From Eledone cirrhosa (Eukaryota), in assembly GCA_964016885.1 (NCBI GenBank), contig OZ024746.1, positions 100,006,001 to 100,070,000 on the forward strand: DNA of 64,000 nt, read 5' to 3'. The notes beneath the pieces are model-generated. The model saw only the letters and a list, made by a program, of their open reading frames with translations, had not been told where the DNA came from and searched no databases. Below are positions 13,062 through 26,004 of the stretch, piece by piece. The number at the start of each line of letters is the position of its first letter. Position 1 is the stretch's first letter. A program made the position numbers and the translations under genes.

Positions 13062-14177
13062 AGTGTGTTGGCCTAGTGAGGACATAGATTTAATTTGAAA
13101 GAATGAAACTGGCCGCTGGGATGTTGGCTTTAAATTAGCCATTCTGGTGCACTTCTTTCCATTCGATTATTGATCCTAGGTTTTAATTGCTTGATTAAGA
13201 GGGCTCCTTAACTCTCAGCGTACCTACACTACATTCGGTAGCTAATATTGTGATGGTAATGTAGTCCCGGTTCCCACATTTGATAATGTGTTTGTGGAAG
13301 GAAGAGGAGTTAGTGTTAACATGCTCTTTAATACAGAGATGTAACGGTCAAACAGTGTTGCCTATGGAGAATAGATTGCATTTGTTACATACCAGCCTGT
13401 ATACTACGTAGGTATGTAGGAAACAATTAGTGTTGCGGATAGGGCAATTGGCTAGGGTGCATCTGTTATCCTCGTGGGGAGGTGCTTGTGGAGAGGCATT
13501 TTTGCAGGGAAAGATTTGAGGGTGTCATGTTCTAGTTGGTTGAGTCGCTCACCACAATATTAGCTACCGAACACAGTATAGGTATGCTGAGAATTAAGGA
13601 GCCCTCTTAATCAAGCAATTAAAACCTAGAATCAATAATTGAATGGAAAGAAGTGCACCAGAATGGTTAATTTTAAGTCCTGTATTCCAACATCCCAGTA
13701 GCTAGTTCCATTCTTTCTTTCAAATTAAATCTATATCCTCACTAGACAAACACACTTAGACTCACACACACACACATATATCACATGCATATTTTTCCCA
13801 TTTTATTATATATATATATATATATTCGCACACACCTTTCACTACATAAACTTACATCATACACACACATACAAACATCCCACTAAGCACACTTACATTC
13901 ACACACACACATCCATATATCATACATTTCACAATGGGTACGTTCAAAATTTTAACGTCTTTTCATTTCATTTAACTTAAATCTGCTCCAAACAAACAAG
14001 TCAACCCGATCAATCTTTTAAGTCTCTCAGCGATACTCCCTTGATAATGGATTTTTAAACCCGAAAATATTTGGGATTGTTAAATTTGCTAAGGTAAGAT
14101 TCTTTTGTTATCTTAGCAATCTTGATTTTCTTTCTAATGCATTGTATGGTTTTCAAAATTCAAATTTGTGTTTCATA
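13062..14177. mobile_element. Old head-to-head Penelope-like element remnant
   Basis: Minus strand near 13410-13320 translates as VVYRLVCNKCNLFSIGNTV*PLHLCIKEH (GIY-YIG). 13062-13253 is an inverted repeat of 13551-13756 (ALLIKQLKPRIN). Degenerate HHR-like motif at about 14037-14076. The 3' region is shared with about 51000-51305. Confidence 0.7.
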
Positions 14178-14384
14178 TATATATACAAGGGTGAGGGTAA
14201 AGACCCCGTTCGGTCACAAATGACCATAGGACTTGCACCTAGAGGCACAAGTCTGGGCAAGCTTCTTTCTGGAAGACTACCAGTCACTCATACATGCCAG
14301 TCTCCCCTCTCCCTACCACCGATGTTGTCCAAGGGAGAGTCAAAGGCTGATACAGCTTGTTACCAGTGACTTTGCATCTCATAT

Positions 14385-15288
14385 ATACACTATATATATA
14401 CACTATATACATACTATATATTGACTATATATATACACTATATACATACTATACATTGTCTATATATATACACTATATATTGACTATATATATACACTAT
14501 ATACATACTATACATTGACTATATATATACACTATATACATACTAGACATTGTCTATATATATATACTATATACATACTATACATTGTCTATATATATAC
14601 ACTATATATACACTATGTACATACTGTACATTGTCTATATATATACACTATATACATACTTTACATTGACTATATATATACACTATATACAAACTATATA
14701 TTGACTATATATACAAACTATATATATACACTATATACATACTATACATTGTCTATATATATACACAATATATACACTATATACATACTATATATTGTTT
14801 ATATATATACACTATATACATACTATACATTGTCTATATATATACACTATATACATACTATACATTGACTATATATATACACTATATATTGACTATATAT
14901 ATACTATATACACTATATACATACTATACATTGTCTATATATACACTATATACATACTATACATTGTCTATCTATATACACTATATATTGACTATATATA
15001 TATACTATATATACACTATATATTGTCTCTATATATACACTATATACATACTATACATTGTCTATATATATACACTATATACATACTATACATCGACTAT
15101 ATATATACACTATATATTGACTATATATATACTATATTCATACTATACATTGTCTATATATACACTATATACATACTATATATTGTCTATATATATATAT
15201 ATAATATATACATACTATACATTGTCAATATATACACTATATACATACTATATATTGTCTATATATATACTATATACATACTATACAT
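14385..15288. repeat. AT-rich cryptic minisatellite
   Basis: Reiterated TATATACAC, TATATACATAC and TATACATTGTC motifs. Confidence 0.9.
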
Positions 15289-15594
15289 TCATCATCATCA
15301 TCATCATCATCATTTTACGTCCGCTTTTCCCTGCTTGATTTCTACAGCTGGATGCCCTTCCTAACACCAACCTCATTTACAGTGAGTGCTGGGTGTTTTT
15401 TTCCGTGGCACCTCCACGACCACTTTGCAGTGGAATGATAGGGACCCCAGTCCCTATCATCTCATTTCTACAGCTGAGTAACTGGAGCAATGTGAAATAA
15501 AGTGTCTTGCTCAAGGAAACAATACAAAGCCCGGACTCAGAATCAAACTCACAACCTCACCATTGTAAGCCAGACACTCTAATCATGCACCTTC

Positions 15595-15638
<44 letters not shown>

Positions 15639-16019
15639 GTGTGTGTGTGTGTGTGTGTGTGCCTGTGTGTTTATTTATATATATGCAAATATATTTGTAA
15701 CCTAATTAATGAAATGAATATTTTGCCATGTTATATATAATCTTATAAGAGAGCATCAATTATTTATCTTGACTCCACAAATGGTAAATGTAAATACAAC
15801 TCGACTCTGCAACAATGTTACAATCTTTTGGCTGTCAGCACTCCTCCTGCTCCTTATCATCACCACCACCACCTTTTAAAGTCCATTTTTCCATGCTGTC
15901 ATGGTTTAGATGAGTTATCCTGTTGTGAGCAATGCTAGGTCAGGTGACTATGTCTTGCTCATACAGAACCGATTTGGGATTGTTTTTACAGCTGGATGCC
16001 TTTCCTAATGCCAACCTCA

Positions 16020-16555
16020 TTTACAGTGAGTACTAGGTGCTTTTTGCATGACTCCTACACAACCACTTTACAGTGTGGGCTGGATACTTTTTGCATTACA
16101 CGACAACTTTACAGCACAGACTGGGTGCCATTTGCCGTGACACCTACATGACAACTTTACAGCATGGATTGGGTGCCTTTTGCCGTGACACCTACACAAC
16201 AACTTTACAGTGTGGACTGGGCACTTTTTGCCATGACACCTCCACGACAACTTTACAGTGTAGACTGGGCGCTTTTTACCGTGACAGCTACACAACCACT
16301 TTACAGTGTGGACTGGGTACTTTTTGCCGTGACACTTACACGACTACTTTTCAGTGTGGGCTGGGCACTTTTGCCATACATGACTACTTTACAGAGTGAC
16401 CAGACTGCTTTTTGCCGTAACACCTACATGACCACTTTACAGCATGGACTGGGTGATTTTTGTCATGACACTTACACGACCACTTTACAGTGTGGACTGG
16501 GCACTTTCTGTCATGTCGTCATCACAACCACTTTACAGCTGTGTGTTACAACTCC
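16020..16555. repeat. Degenerate ~48-bp tandem derived from the SINE/LINE 3' tail
   Basis: Unit approximately CTTTACAGTGTGGACTGGGYRCTTTTTGCCGTGACACCTACACGACCA. Confidence 0.8.
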
Positions 16556-16627
16556 ATAAATTATAATAGAAAAACCTAAAATATGCATTGTTATATGAAA
16601 TTAATACGATGACATACATAAACTTAC

Positions 16628-16855
16628 CATATTAATTTTTTCTTCCAATTTATAATTCGCCTGGTTTCTCTGATACATGATTTTTCGCAGGACATGCTTG
16701 GAGATTTCAGTCTTTCCTGATCCTGATTCTCCACTGATGAGGATTGCCTGGTTTGTGTCTTCTTCAAACATATTTTGGTAAGCATTCTCAGCAAACTGGA
16801 ACACATGTGGCTGTAGATTTTCATCTCCAATTTCATTATGGTATTTTTTAAGATG
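16628..16855 (-). CDS. Myosin motor exon with P-loop (PHVF...AENAY...NQAILISGESGSGKTE)
   Basis: ORF 16601..16861 carries the canonical myosin P-loop. tgcAG acceptor and GTAAGT donor; 228 nt, phase 0/0. Confidence 0.95.
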
Positions 16856-17481
16856 CTGCAATGTATAAACATTTACTGTAGTTTATGACAATTTAACCTT
16901 TTAGTATCTACATTACTCTATATTTACTATCATATTTTCGTGGTAAAGGCTTTACCTCACAATGGAACTGTCATATAAAAAAGCTACAACAGGCTTGCAA
17001 ACATACTTAGAGAGCACCAATGAGTGGATGACAGTGTTAGTAAGAACACGGAAACCAAAAGAAACTCCATTCAGTTCTGAATGAGGCAGGAAAGTACTGG
17101 AAAGAACTAAAAACTGAAGACATACACCTAAATAATGAAGCTGACCTAATTCCATCTGAGACGGGAAATATCCACAAAAGCAAGTCAAAATCAGGTCTAA
17201 AAACATTTACAGATATAATGGCAACAAAAACCTCTGCACTGCCAATTCCCACTTCGCATCCAAGGTGCTGATGTAGACCAAGCACAAACCCATCAGTGGC
17301 TATGAAGTTTAGGATTAAAAGCTGAAACAGGAGGCTTTATTTTTGCTGCCCAGGACTAGAGCCACTTTACTTGGCAACTATTCTCAGAAATGGAGCAGAC
17401 ACCAAATGCAGGATATGTGATATACAGCTTGAAACAATTCACCCTATAATATCAGGATGTCCCACACTTTTTCTTGCGACG

Positions 17482-17885
17482 CTAAACTCCGCCAGTTGGA
17501 GACTGCGCATCAACATGTGATATCTCTCTCCACAAAGTTCCATCACCAGCAGCAGAGTTCAAAGAGCAAAGATCAAGACCAGTCCATAAGTTGACATTAT
17601 CAAGCCATCGTTTGGGCTGCCGGCCTCTGCTTCTCTTACCAGCCAAACTTCCTTCCAGGCATAACCTACTCACACCACGAGTTGATCTTTTTATATGACC
17701 GTATAGTTTGAGTACTCTTGACCTGACAATTGATGTAATTGGTCTAAGTTTGGTAATATTGAGCAGCTCACTGATACAGATATGGTCGCTGAGCCTCTTG
17801 CCAGTCACAAGTCTCATGTTGTGGTTCTGGATTGTAGAGAGCTTCTGAAGTGACCTTGTCGTCCAGTTAATACAGTCAAGACTCA
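17482..17885 (-). mobile_element. LINE 3' fragment related to 12005-13050
   Basis: ORF with LDC..WTTRSLQKLST.QNH...LYGHIKR...GKRSRGRQPKRWLDN. Confidence 0.8.
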
Positions 17886-18530
17886 CTGGATATAAGATTT
17901 AAGATTAGACATGATAGGGTGGGGCAATATATCCACTGGATTTAAGATTAGACATGATAGGGTGGGGCAATATATCCCCTGGATTTAAGATTAGACATGA
18001 TAGGGTGGGGCAATATATCCCCTGGATTTAAGATTAGACATTATAGGGTGGGGCAATATATCCCCTGGATTTAAGATTAGACATGATAGGGTGGGGCAAT
18101 ATATCCCCTGGATATAAGATTAGACATGATAGGGTGGGGCAATATATCCCCTGGATTTAAGATTAGACATGATAGGGTGGGGCAATATATCCCCTGGATA
18201 TAAGATTAGACATGATAGGGTGGGGCAATATATCCCCTGGGTAATATGCAAAAAATATAATGCAGATCATACATAAAACTGGTATGGATACAAGCCACAG
18301 CCAGTAACTGAGACTGAAGGAGCAACAATCCTTTGGGACTTTACTATTCACACAAATCACACTATTAATGTGAAACACTTTGATATTATCATTAAAGAGT
18401 TTAAAAAGCTGCTTTCTCAGTGATATGACTGAGAGAAATGTGTCAGCAAAAGAGTATGAGAAACTTGCTAAATATAAAGATCTTGAATTTGACCAAAAAG
18501 CAACTAAAGTTGCCTTTAGGTCTGAGTGGA
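17886..18530 (+). mobile_element. R4/Dong-like (RLE-type) retrotransposon fragment with its 5' end amplified as a 43-bp tandem (about 8 copies, 17897-18240)
   Basis: The repeat unit translates as YKIRHDRVGQYI(H)W and continues into WVICKKY...WY..KPQPVTE.....ILWDFTIHT. Confidence 0.7.
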
Positions 18531-18639
18531 TAGGGGGTAAGAAAATCCTTACTACAAGATACAGTGACCTCACCTCGAACTATGAACTCTTTTTGATGGA
18601 GTACAGTATTTTATGTAATGCCAGCAATTGGGCATAATA

Positions 18640-18714
18640 TTGGGTCGTCAAGTATGAAATTTGTAGGAATTCTTTTGCTATAAATTTCTACAAATTTCAT
18701 GCTTGATGACCCAA
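18640..18714. mobile_element. 75-bp palindromic mariner-type MITE (second copy at 40182-40262)
   Basis: TA-TTGGGTCGTCAAGTATGAAATTTGTAG...CTACAAATTTCATGCTTGATGACCCAA-TA. Confidence 0.7.
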
Positions 18715-19264
18715 TAATAATGTGCAATCAGCGCTCAAAGACTGATATTGTACTGAAACGTGTGTTAAAGAACGGACTCCAATTACATTTTTCTTCTCTA
18801 ACCACTACTTCATGCCCAGTCGTTTGTTTTTCCTAGTACTATACCTTTAAATATATATATATATATATTTATAACCTCAATGGCTGAGCTCAAGCCGTTT
18901 TGACGGCTATTTCTGGACATATATATATATAATAGTAATAAACGAAAGATATATACTTTATATCATCTCTATTTATTTCATTTATTTAATTTATTTCATT
19001 ATATATATTAAGATGTAAAGTTTTATGTATAACATAAAGCAAAACATGTTCTCCTCAGACAAAATACATAGAAAATGTAAAATTTTTTCCTGATATGCTG
19101 GTAACAAATGAACTGGACAGATCGGTGACCACCAGGCATATGACTAGTTGGCATTGCAGTTGGTTTAAACGTTTCATAACTTATCTAAAATATCACTGCT
19201 CGGGAAGGGCGGTGTTTTGAGCTGCGCAGAAAATGATCCGCAAAATAGAACCGATGCAGCATGA

Positions 19265-19815
19265 TGATCACCGGCAGTGCCGTGACCCTGCTCTCCGCAG
19301 GATCTCTTTGCTCCAAACCCGATCTTGCCAGTTGACCTTTAGAATCTTATACAGACACATTTGATGGAAAGTGTTTAGATGCCTCTCCATCTTGGCACAA
19401 TGTTTCCACATTTCACAGGCATAAATGGCCACATGAAGTACTATGCTGCTGTACAAATGCAGCCTGATGTACATGCTGAGGGCTGTGTTTGACCAAATCG
19501 AGTGTATCTATTGGAACACCATGGTTACTTTTCCAATCCTGCATTTGATGTCCAGCTCAATGTTACTACTGTTGCTCAGGATGCTGCTAAGATACGTGAA
19601 GTGGTCGACCTCGTCCCGCTCCTTTTGTTTCACCATAACTGCAGCCACCTAGCTGGGATTACTTCCCATATTCATAACCTTGGTTTTTTGGTTGTTCACT
19701 CATACCCCAATCTCCTCAGCATTCAGCTGCAGAGAGGATATGTTAGCTCCTGCAAGTTTGTACTGTCCTCAGCTAGCAAGGCGATGTCATCGGCAAAATC
19801 CAGGTCTTTCAGTCT
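19265..19815 (-). mobile_element. Degenerate LINE RT C-terminal fragment
   Basis: DLDFADDIALL and F.YL.S readable on the minus strand. ORF 19268..19474 contains YACE.WK and ILKV.WQDRV. Confidence 0.7.
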
Positions 19816-19854
19816 TGATTTCTCTTTCTACAAGATCAACAATTCAACACTTTA

Positions 19855-20340
19855 GTGGTGATATATCAAGCAGAAGTGACCTCCACCAACCAGAATCACC
19901 AAACTAAAGCCTGGACTCGTGTCAAAATGTTTGAGAGTCAGTTTAAAAGCCAGTACTTGATCAATGAAACGACCTTCAGACATCCTGTCAAAAAAACCCA
20001 TGCCACTCAGCTTGTGAACTATGAGTGGAACCTCAAAAATAACAGCACAGCATTTTCCATTAAACAGTGTATATTAGAAAAATCCACCCCTATATTAATG
20101 GGACAAAATTTTGCCAACTGTCTAACTCGGAAAAATGTAATATACTCTCTCAACTGGCTTCAGAGAAACACTGTGTAAATACCTACCCCAACTGTTCTAG
20201 TTGTCAACACGAAGCAAAATTCATTCTGAGAAAATTGTAGAGAAACTAAATTTAATTTCTTCAAATTCCTAACTTTGCACAATACTATAATAGATAGGCT
20301 GAATGAGTTGGGGTGTATAACCCAATAAAACTTAAATACC
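19855..20340 (+). mobile_element. Degenerate PLE GIY-YIG/3' fragment
   Basis: ORF 19855..20178 (VIYQAEV...FKSQY...FRH...TQLVNYEWNLK) resembles a PLE endonuclease C-terminus. Decayed HHR-like motif at about 20299-20333. Confidence 0.6.
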
Positions 20341-20623
20341 TGTATATGTCACTGTTGTAACTAATTATTTCTTCATAGTTACATTTTAAACTTATAGCCT
20401 CGTTTAAATGATTATTTATATGGTTGATTTCTACGGACTAGGGAGAGGAAAGACAGTGTATATTTTATTTAATAATTCTTCAAACTTGCAATGTTATATA
20501 CATGTATATATATATATGAAGTATTTCCGTCGGAAAGGTACAGGAAAAAAGAGTGCTCTATGTAGGCTACAGAGCTTATTAGATATGTAGACGAAAAATA
20601 CGCTTATGTGAGATATTTATTTA

Positions 20624-20684
20624 TTCATTCTGATGACTGAAGACAGACATAACATCTGCCTTCAAGAAACCACTAGTAAATAAA
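20624..20684 (+). ncRNA. Hammerhead ribozyme, diverged paralogue of 56004-56065
   Basis: TTCATT-CTGATGA-CTGAAGACAGA(cataaca)TCTGCCTTCAA-GAAA-CCACTAG-TA-AAT. Confidence 0.6.
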
Positions 20685-20724
20685 ATAATTATCTTATGTT
20701 GTTTATTACATAAATATATATATA

Positions 20725-21250
20725 TACTGACATGGCTTAAAAGAGCCGGTTTTCATAATTGCAAATGAATCGAATATTATTATTAATATTCAAAAAACTC
20801 AGATTACATTTATTGTATTCAGACATGTAGAGCGTTAATTTATTGTTAGTTATTTGAATATGGCAAAGCTGGCCATTAATTGCTTGTATACATGAAACTG
20901 ACTGGCCAATCTGCTGATATGCAAATCAGTTGGTTGCTCAGTGGATCTGCTAATATGCAGATCTGACTGATCAACCAGTCTGCTAATATTCAAATCAGGC
21001 CGATCAATCACTGTATATTTTAGGAAATATCATATATTTTCGCCATCTCTGACAGTTGGCAGGGGAACAGTAAACTGCACTAATGAAGGGTAACCACCCA
21101 GAAACATTAGTGTCTGCAGTTCTGTTTACATGCCAATACAAGAGCAAGAATGAGGGGCTCATTCTACTGACATGACTTAAAAGAGACTGTTTGCATAATT
21201 CCAAATGAGTCGAATATTATTATTAATATTCGAAAAACTCAGATTAGATT
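20725..21250 (+). mobile_element. ORF-less HHR-bearing element, about 1.2 head-to-tail copies of a 440-nt unit
   Basis: 20725-20810 is directly repeated at 21165-21250 (period 440). HHR variant (CTAATGA core) at about 21073-21121. Flanked by (TA)n. Confidence 0.7.
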
Positions 21251-21799
21251 TATTTATACATATATATATATGTTCTAGTTAGTTTTCTCTACTTCTTAGT
21301 GGCTTGCTCCTTAATTCATCTTGTGATCATGAAAGTAAGTATCAGATAAAGTATTAAAACCCTTAAATGTTGTATATCAAATGACTAAAACCAGTAAAAA
21401 TTACTTATTTCTTTTTTGATATATTTTATGGTGGATTTTTTATTGATGCAAATTCTTTTATCAACACACGCAATGATACACTAAATAACTGATCCATCCA
21501 TGGCTATAATAAGTACCGCATTATCATGAGATGGTAGCTTTTAGGCATGTGCATGTGTCCATGAAACATATACATATGTCCAGACACAAAGGAACCAAAC
21601 TCCTACTCTCACTGCCTCTATTTATCCCGCTCTCCCCATCTCTCACTATTATGAGCAAATGGGGGCCCACACGCTGGCCGCCTTGCAGACCCGGTGGACA
21701 GAAACGAGAAGGCATTACCCCAGAGGATGGTATGGAGACACATTGGAAGAGCCATTCCAGCTCGTGTGGCACACACCTGCGAGTAGCAAATTATGTGCT

Positions 21800-23618
21800 G
21801 ATGGGGGTGAGTAGGGAGGTAGTCCTAGGGCCAAGGACACCAGAAGTCTCCACTGCTACGGGGTGGTGATGGGGGTGAGTAGGGAGGTAGTCCTAGGGCC
21901 AAGGACACCAGATGTCTCCACTGCTAAGGGGTGGTGATGGGGGTGAGTAGGGAGGTAGTCCTAGGGCCAAGGACACCAGAAGTCTCCACTGCTACGGGGT
22001 GGTGATGGGGGTGAGTAGGGAGGTAGTCCTAGGACCAAGGACACCAGATGTCTCCACTGCTAAGGGGTGGTGATGGTGGTGAGTAGGGAGGTGGTCCTAG
22101 GGCCAAGGACACCAGAAGTCTCCACTGCTACGGGGTGGTGATGGTGGTGAGTAGGGAGGTAGTCCTAGGGCCAAGGACACCAGAAGTCACTCCTGCTACG
22201 GGGTGTTGATGGTGGTGAGTAGAGAGGTGGTCCTAGGGCCAAGGACACCAGAAGTCTCCACTGCTACAGGGTTGTGATGGTGGTGAGTAGGGAGGTAGTC
22301 CTAGGACCAAGGACACCAGATGTCACTCCTGCTACGGGGTGTTGATGGTGGTGAGTAGAGAGGTGGTCCTAGGGCCAAGGACACCAGAAGTCTCCACTGC
22401 TACAGGGTGGTGATGGTGGTGAGTAGGGAGGTAGTCCTAGGGCCAAGGACACCAGAAGTCTCCACTGCTACAGGGTGGTGATGGTGGTGAGTAGGGAGGT
22501 AGTCCTAGGGCCAAGGACACCAGAAGTCTCCACTGCTACGGGGTGGTGATGGGGGTGAGTAGGGAGGTAGTCCTAGGGCCAAGGACACCAGATGTCTCCA
22601 CTGCTAAGGGGTGGTGATGGGGGTGAGTAGGGAGGTAGTCCTAGGACCAAGGACACCAGATGTCTCCACTGCTAAGGGGTGGTGATGGGGGTGAGTAGGG
22701 AGGTAGTCCTAGGGCCAAGGACACCAGATGTCTCCACTGCTAAGGGGTGGTGATGGGGGTGAGTAGGGAGGTAGTCCTAAGACCAAGGACACCAGATGTC
22801 TCCACTGCTAAGGGGTGGTGATGGGGGTGAGTAGGGAGGTAGTCCTAGGGCCAAGGACACCAGATGTCTCCACTGCTAAGGGGTGGTGATGGGGGTGAGT
22901 AGGGAGGTAGTCCTAAGACCAAGGACACCAGATGTCTCCACTGCTAAGGGGTGGTGATGGGGGTGAGTAGGGAGGTAGTCCTAGGACCAAGGACACCAGA
23001 TGTCTCCACTGCTAAGGGGTGGTGATGGGGGTGAGTAGGGAGGTAGTCCTAGGACCAAGGACACCAGATGTCTCCACTGCTAAGGGGTGGTGATGGGGGT
23101 GAGTAGGGAGGTAGTCCTAAGACCAAGGACACCAGATGTCTCCACTGCTAAGGGGTGGTGATGGGGGTGAGTAGGGAGGTAGTCCTAGGGCCAAGGACAC
23201 CAGATGTCTCCACTGCTAAGGGGTGGTGATGGGGGTGAGTAGGGAGGTAGTCCTAGGACCAAGGACACCAGATGTCTCCACTGCTAAGGGGTGGTGATGG
23301 GGGTGAGTAGGGAGGTAGTCCTAGGACCAAGGACACCAGATGTCTCCACTGCTACGGGGTGGTGATGGGGGTGAGTAGGGAGGTAGTCCTAGGGCCAAGG
23401 ACACCAGAAGTCTCCACTGCTAAGGGGTGGTGATGGGGGTGAGTAGGGAGGTAGTCCTAGGGCCAAGGACACCAGAAGTCTCCACTGCTAAGGGGTGGTG
23501 ATGGTGGTGAGTAGGGAGGTAGTCCTAGGGCCAAGGACACCAGAAGTCTCCACTGCTACGGGGTGGTGATGGTGGTGAGTAGGGAGGTAGTCCTAGGGCC
23601 AAGGACACCAGAAGTCTC
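21800..23618. repeat. 68-bp G-rich minisatellite (about 27 copies)
   Basis: Unit GATGGGGGTGAGTAGGGAGGTAGTCCTAGGGCCAAGGACACCAGAWGTCTCCACTGCTAMGGGGTGGT. Confidence 0.95.
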
Positions 23619-24344
23619 TATAATATTTAGTTTTAGAAACAAATCCTTATTTTTCACTTTAACACAATAAGAAACAGTGTATTAACTTTAACTACTCTCA
23701 GTTCTTGAATAATCACCCCCCCCCCCTCCCCTCTGCTTATTGAATTTCAGATTTTTTCCACCCCTCCCCCTACTTATTAGATTTTACTAATCTATCTCCG
23801 GCGAAATTATATTGTAAGTGATTCATATTGATACAGCAGCTGGAGAATCCAATAATTTTATTTTACATTATAAAATATTATATATGACAAAAAAAAATAG
23901 AACATTACAAGAAATCCCATTTTTACATTTGTATACACTGTATAATTACTGATTTCCCAACACCCTCGTTTATTCACCCCACCTCACCCTGCTTATATGA
24001 ATTTAAACTTATTCCACCCCCACTCCGTATTATTTTATAGGCTATGTAGCCAGTAAACCTTAAAGGGACACAACACACATCGCTATAGTGTTTCACCAGC
24101 CCCTTCTTTCTGTTGTTTGTATCTGTTTATGTATTTACCTACAGATGTGTGTGTATGTAACTAAAGTGTAATGTATGTTACAAATGGACGACTAAATGAT
24201 TTTAACTTGTTTATAATCAATTTATGGTGGAAAAGATTTCAAATTGTCTCAACAATTGTCTTAACTTGGGCTGCAGCTCATGGTGTCTGACACTCTTACC
24301 AGCTACATAGCCTCTTCCTACATAAATCTAAGATGTATACTTAC

Positions 24345-24410
24345 TTCTTCATTGTATATTCCAAGATCTTTGAAAGGATTTAATGAAATGAGAATTCTTC
24401 CACAATTTGT
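24345..24410 (-). CDS. Myosin motor exon (TNCGRILISLNPFKDLGIYNEE)
   Basis: Matches the myosin T..G.IL...NPF motif. ttttcacAG acceptor and GTAAGT donor; 66 nt, phase 0/0. Confidence 0.9.
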
Positions 24411-24544
24411 CTGTGAAAAAAAAGAAAGTTATGTTATTGACAAAGTTTATACTCAATAAATGTGTTTCACTCTCAAAGTTGGCTTAATAACCATTGATAA
24501 TTACAGAAATATGACAAAGAAAGATAAAAACAAAATTAAGTAAT

Positions 24545-24870
24545 GAGAAAAGGGGGAAGGGGTAAAGAAGGGCAGATCTGGCTAGGAGAAAAAGGAGAAG
24601 GGGTAAAAAAAAGGGCAGATCTGGCTAGGTGAAAAAGGGGAAGGGGTAAAGAAGGGCAGATCTGGCTAGGTGAAAAAGGGGAAGGGTTAAAGAAGGGCAG
24701 ATCTGGCTAGGTGAAAAAGGGGAAGGGTTAAAGAAGGGTAGATCTGGCTAGGAGAAAAAGGGGAAGGGGTAAAGAAGAGCAGATCTGGCTAGGAGAAAAA
24801 GGGGAAGGAGTAAAGAAAGGCAGATCTGACTATGAGAAAAAGGGGGAGAGGTAAAGAAGGACAGATATGG
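24545..24870. repeat. Degenerate ~38-bp purine-rich tandem repeat
   Basis: Unit approximately AAAAAGGGGAAGGGGTAAAGAAGGGCAGATCTGGCTAGGWG. Confidence 0.85.
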
Positions 24871-26004
24871 ATGTATAGGAAAGTAGATGAAAGGACTATG
24901 AATGCCATAAATGTAAGGAAAAGGAGGGGAAAAAACAAGGACTTTTGGGCCACAGAAGAAAGGGACGGGGAAGGGGAGAGGGTGATGGGTTCTGGGCCTA
25001 GGATGGGGCTGTGTTTGGGTTGTGCCCCATGTACCTGGAGTTCCATAGTTCAAGATTCCTTACATAAAACAGCACCCACCCCCCACACACACACATATAC
25101 AAAAAGATAAAAAAGTAAAATAGCAATGATCATATCATAACTGGTATAACAAACCATGTCAGGTAAATAAGTTTTATTCTAGACATAATTTATTTTAATC
25201 TTTATATATTTTAATCTTTAACCCTTTAGCATCATTTAAACCAGCCAAGCCATATCCGGCCAGAATTCTCTCACCTCTTTCTGTTCAAACCAGCCATAAC
25301 TGGCTGCCCATAATTATGTTAAGGTATTGTTCTCAAAATAAATAGTATCAAAATCTCGTACATTCAATATTATGCGAGATAATTATGTGGAATAAAGTAT
25401 TTACCATGAAAATACAATAATAAATATAGAGTAATGTAAAGGCTAAAGGGGTAACGTAGTTATTTAGAGTAAATTTGAGAACCTTTCAGTGATCAAAGCT
25501 ATCCTGCAATGTCCCAGGGAAAATGTTAAAATGCCAATTGGGATTTTTCTTCTCATTTCCAATGGTGTTAGTGGCATAACTGAAGTAAAATTGCTAGAAT
25601 GGAATTCAAAACAGGATCTGTGAAGACCTTTGATGATATTCAGCATATATCCCTTATTTTGTTCTTTGCTAACTTAGAATGTTTTCCTATCAGACAAAAG
25701 TTTGAGGCTGTTCATTGACATGACAATAGAAAAATAGAAGAATATTAAAAATGCTGATCAATTTTGAAATTTTAGTTTCTAACATTTCAAGAATTCTGAA
25801 AAATATAATGAATAATCTTTAACTTGGTTGTTTTCATTAAATTTGAGAACCTTTTTGTAATCAAAGTTATCCTACAAAGTCAGAAACAGTTCTGTATGAG
25901 CAGGATACGGTCAACCGGATTCAGCCTGTCTGACCCATGCTAGCGTGGAAGGTTAAACAACAATGATAATGATGAATCTGTTAATTCTACACTGAATTCT
26001 GAAA

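Noticed and set aside
21800-23618. CRISPR-like array
   Set aside because: The units are contiguous near-identical repeats with no unique spacers, there are no cas genes, and the context is eukaryotic.
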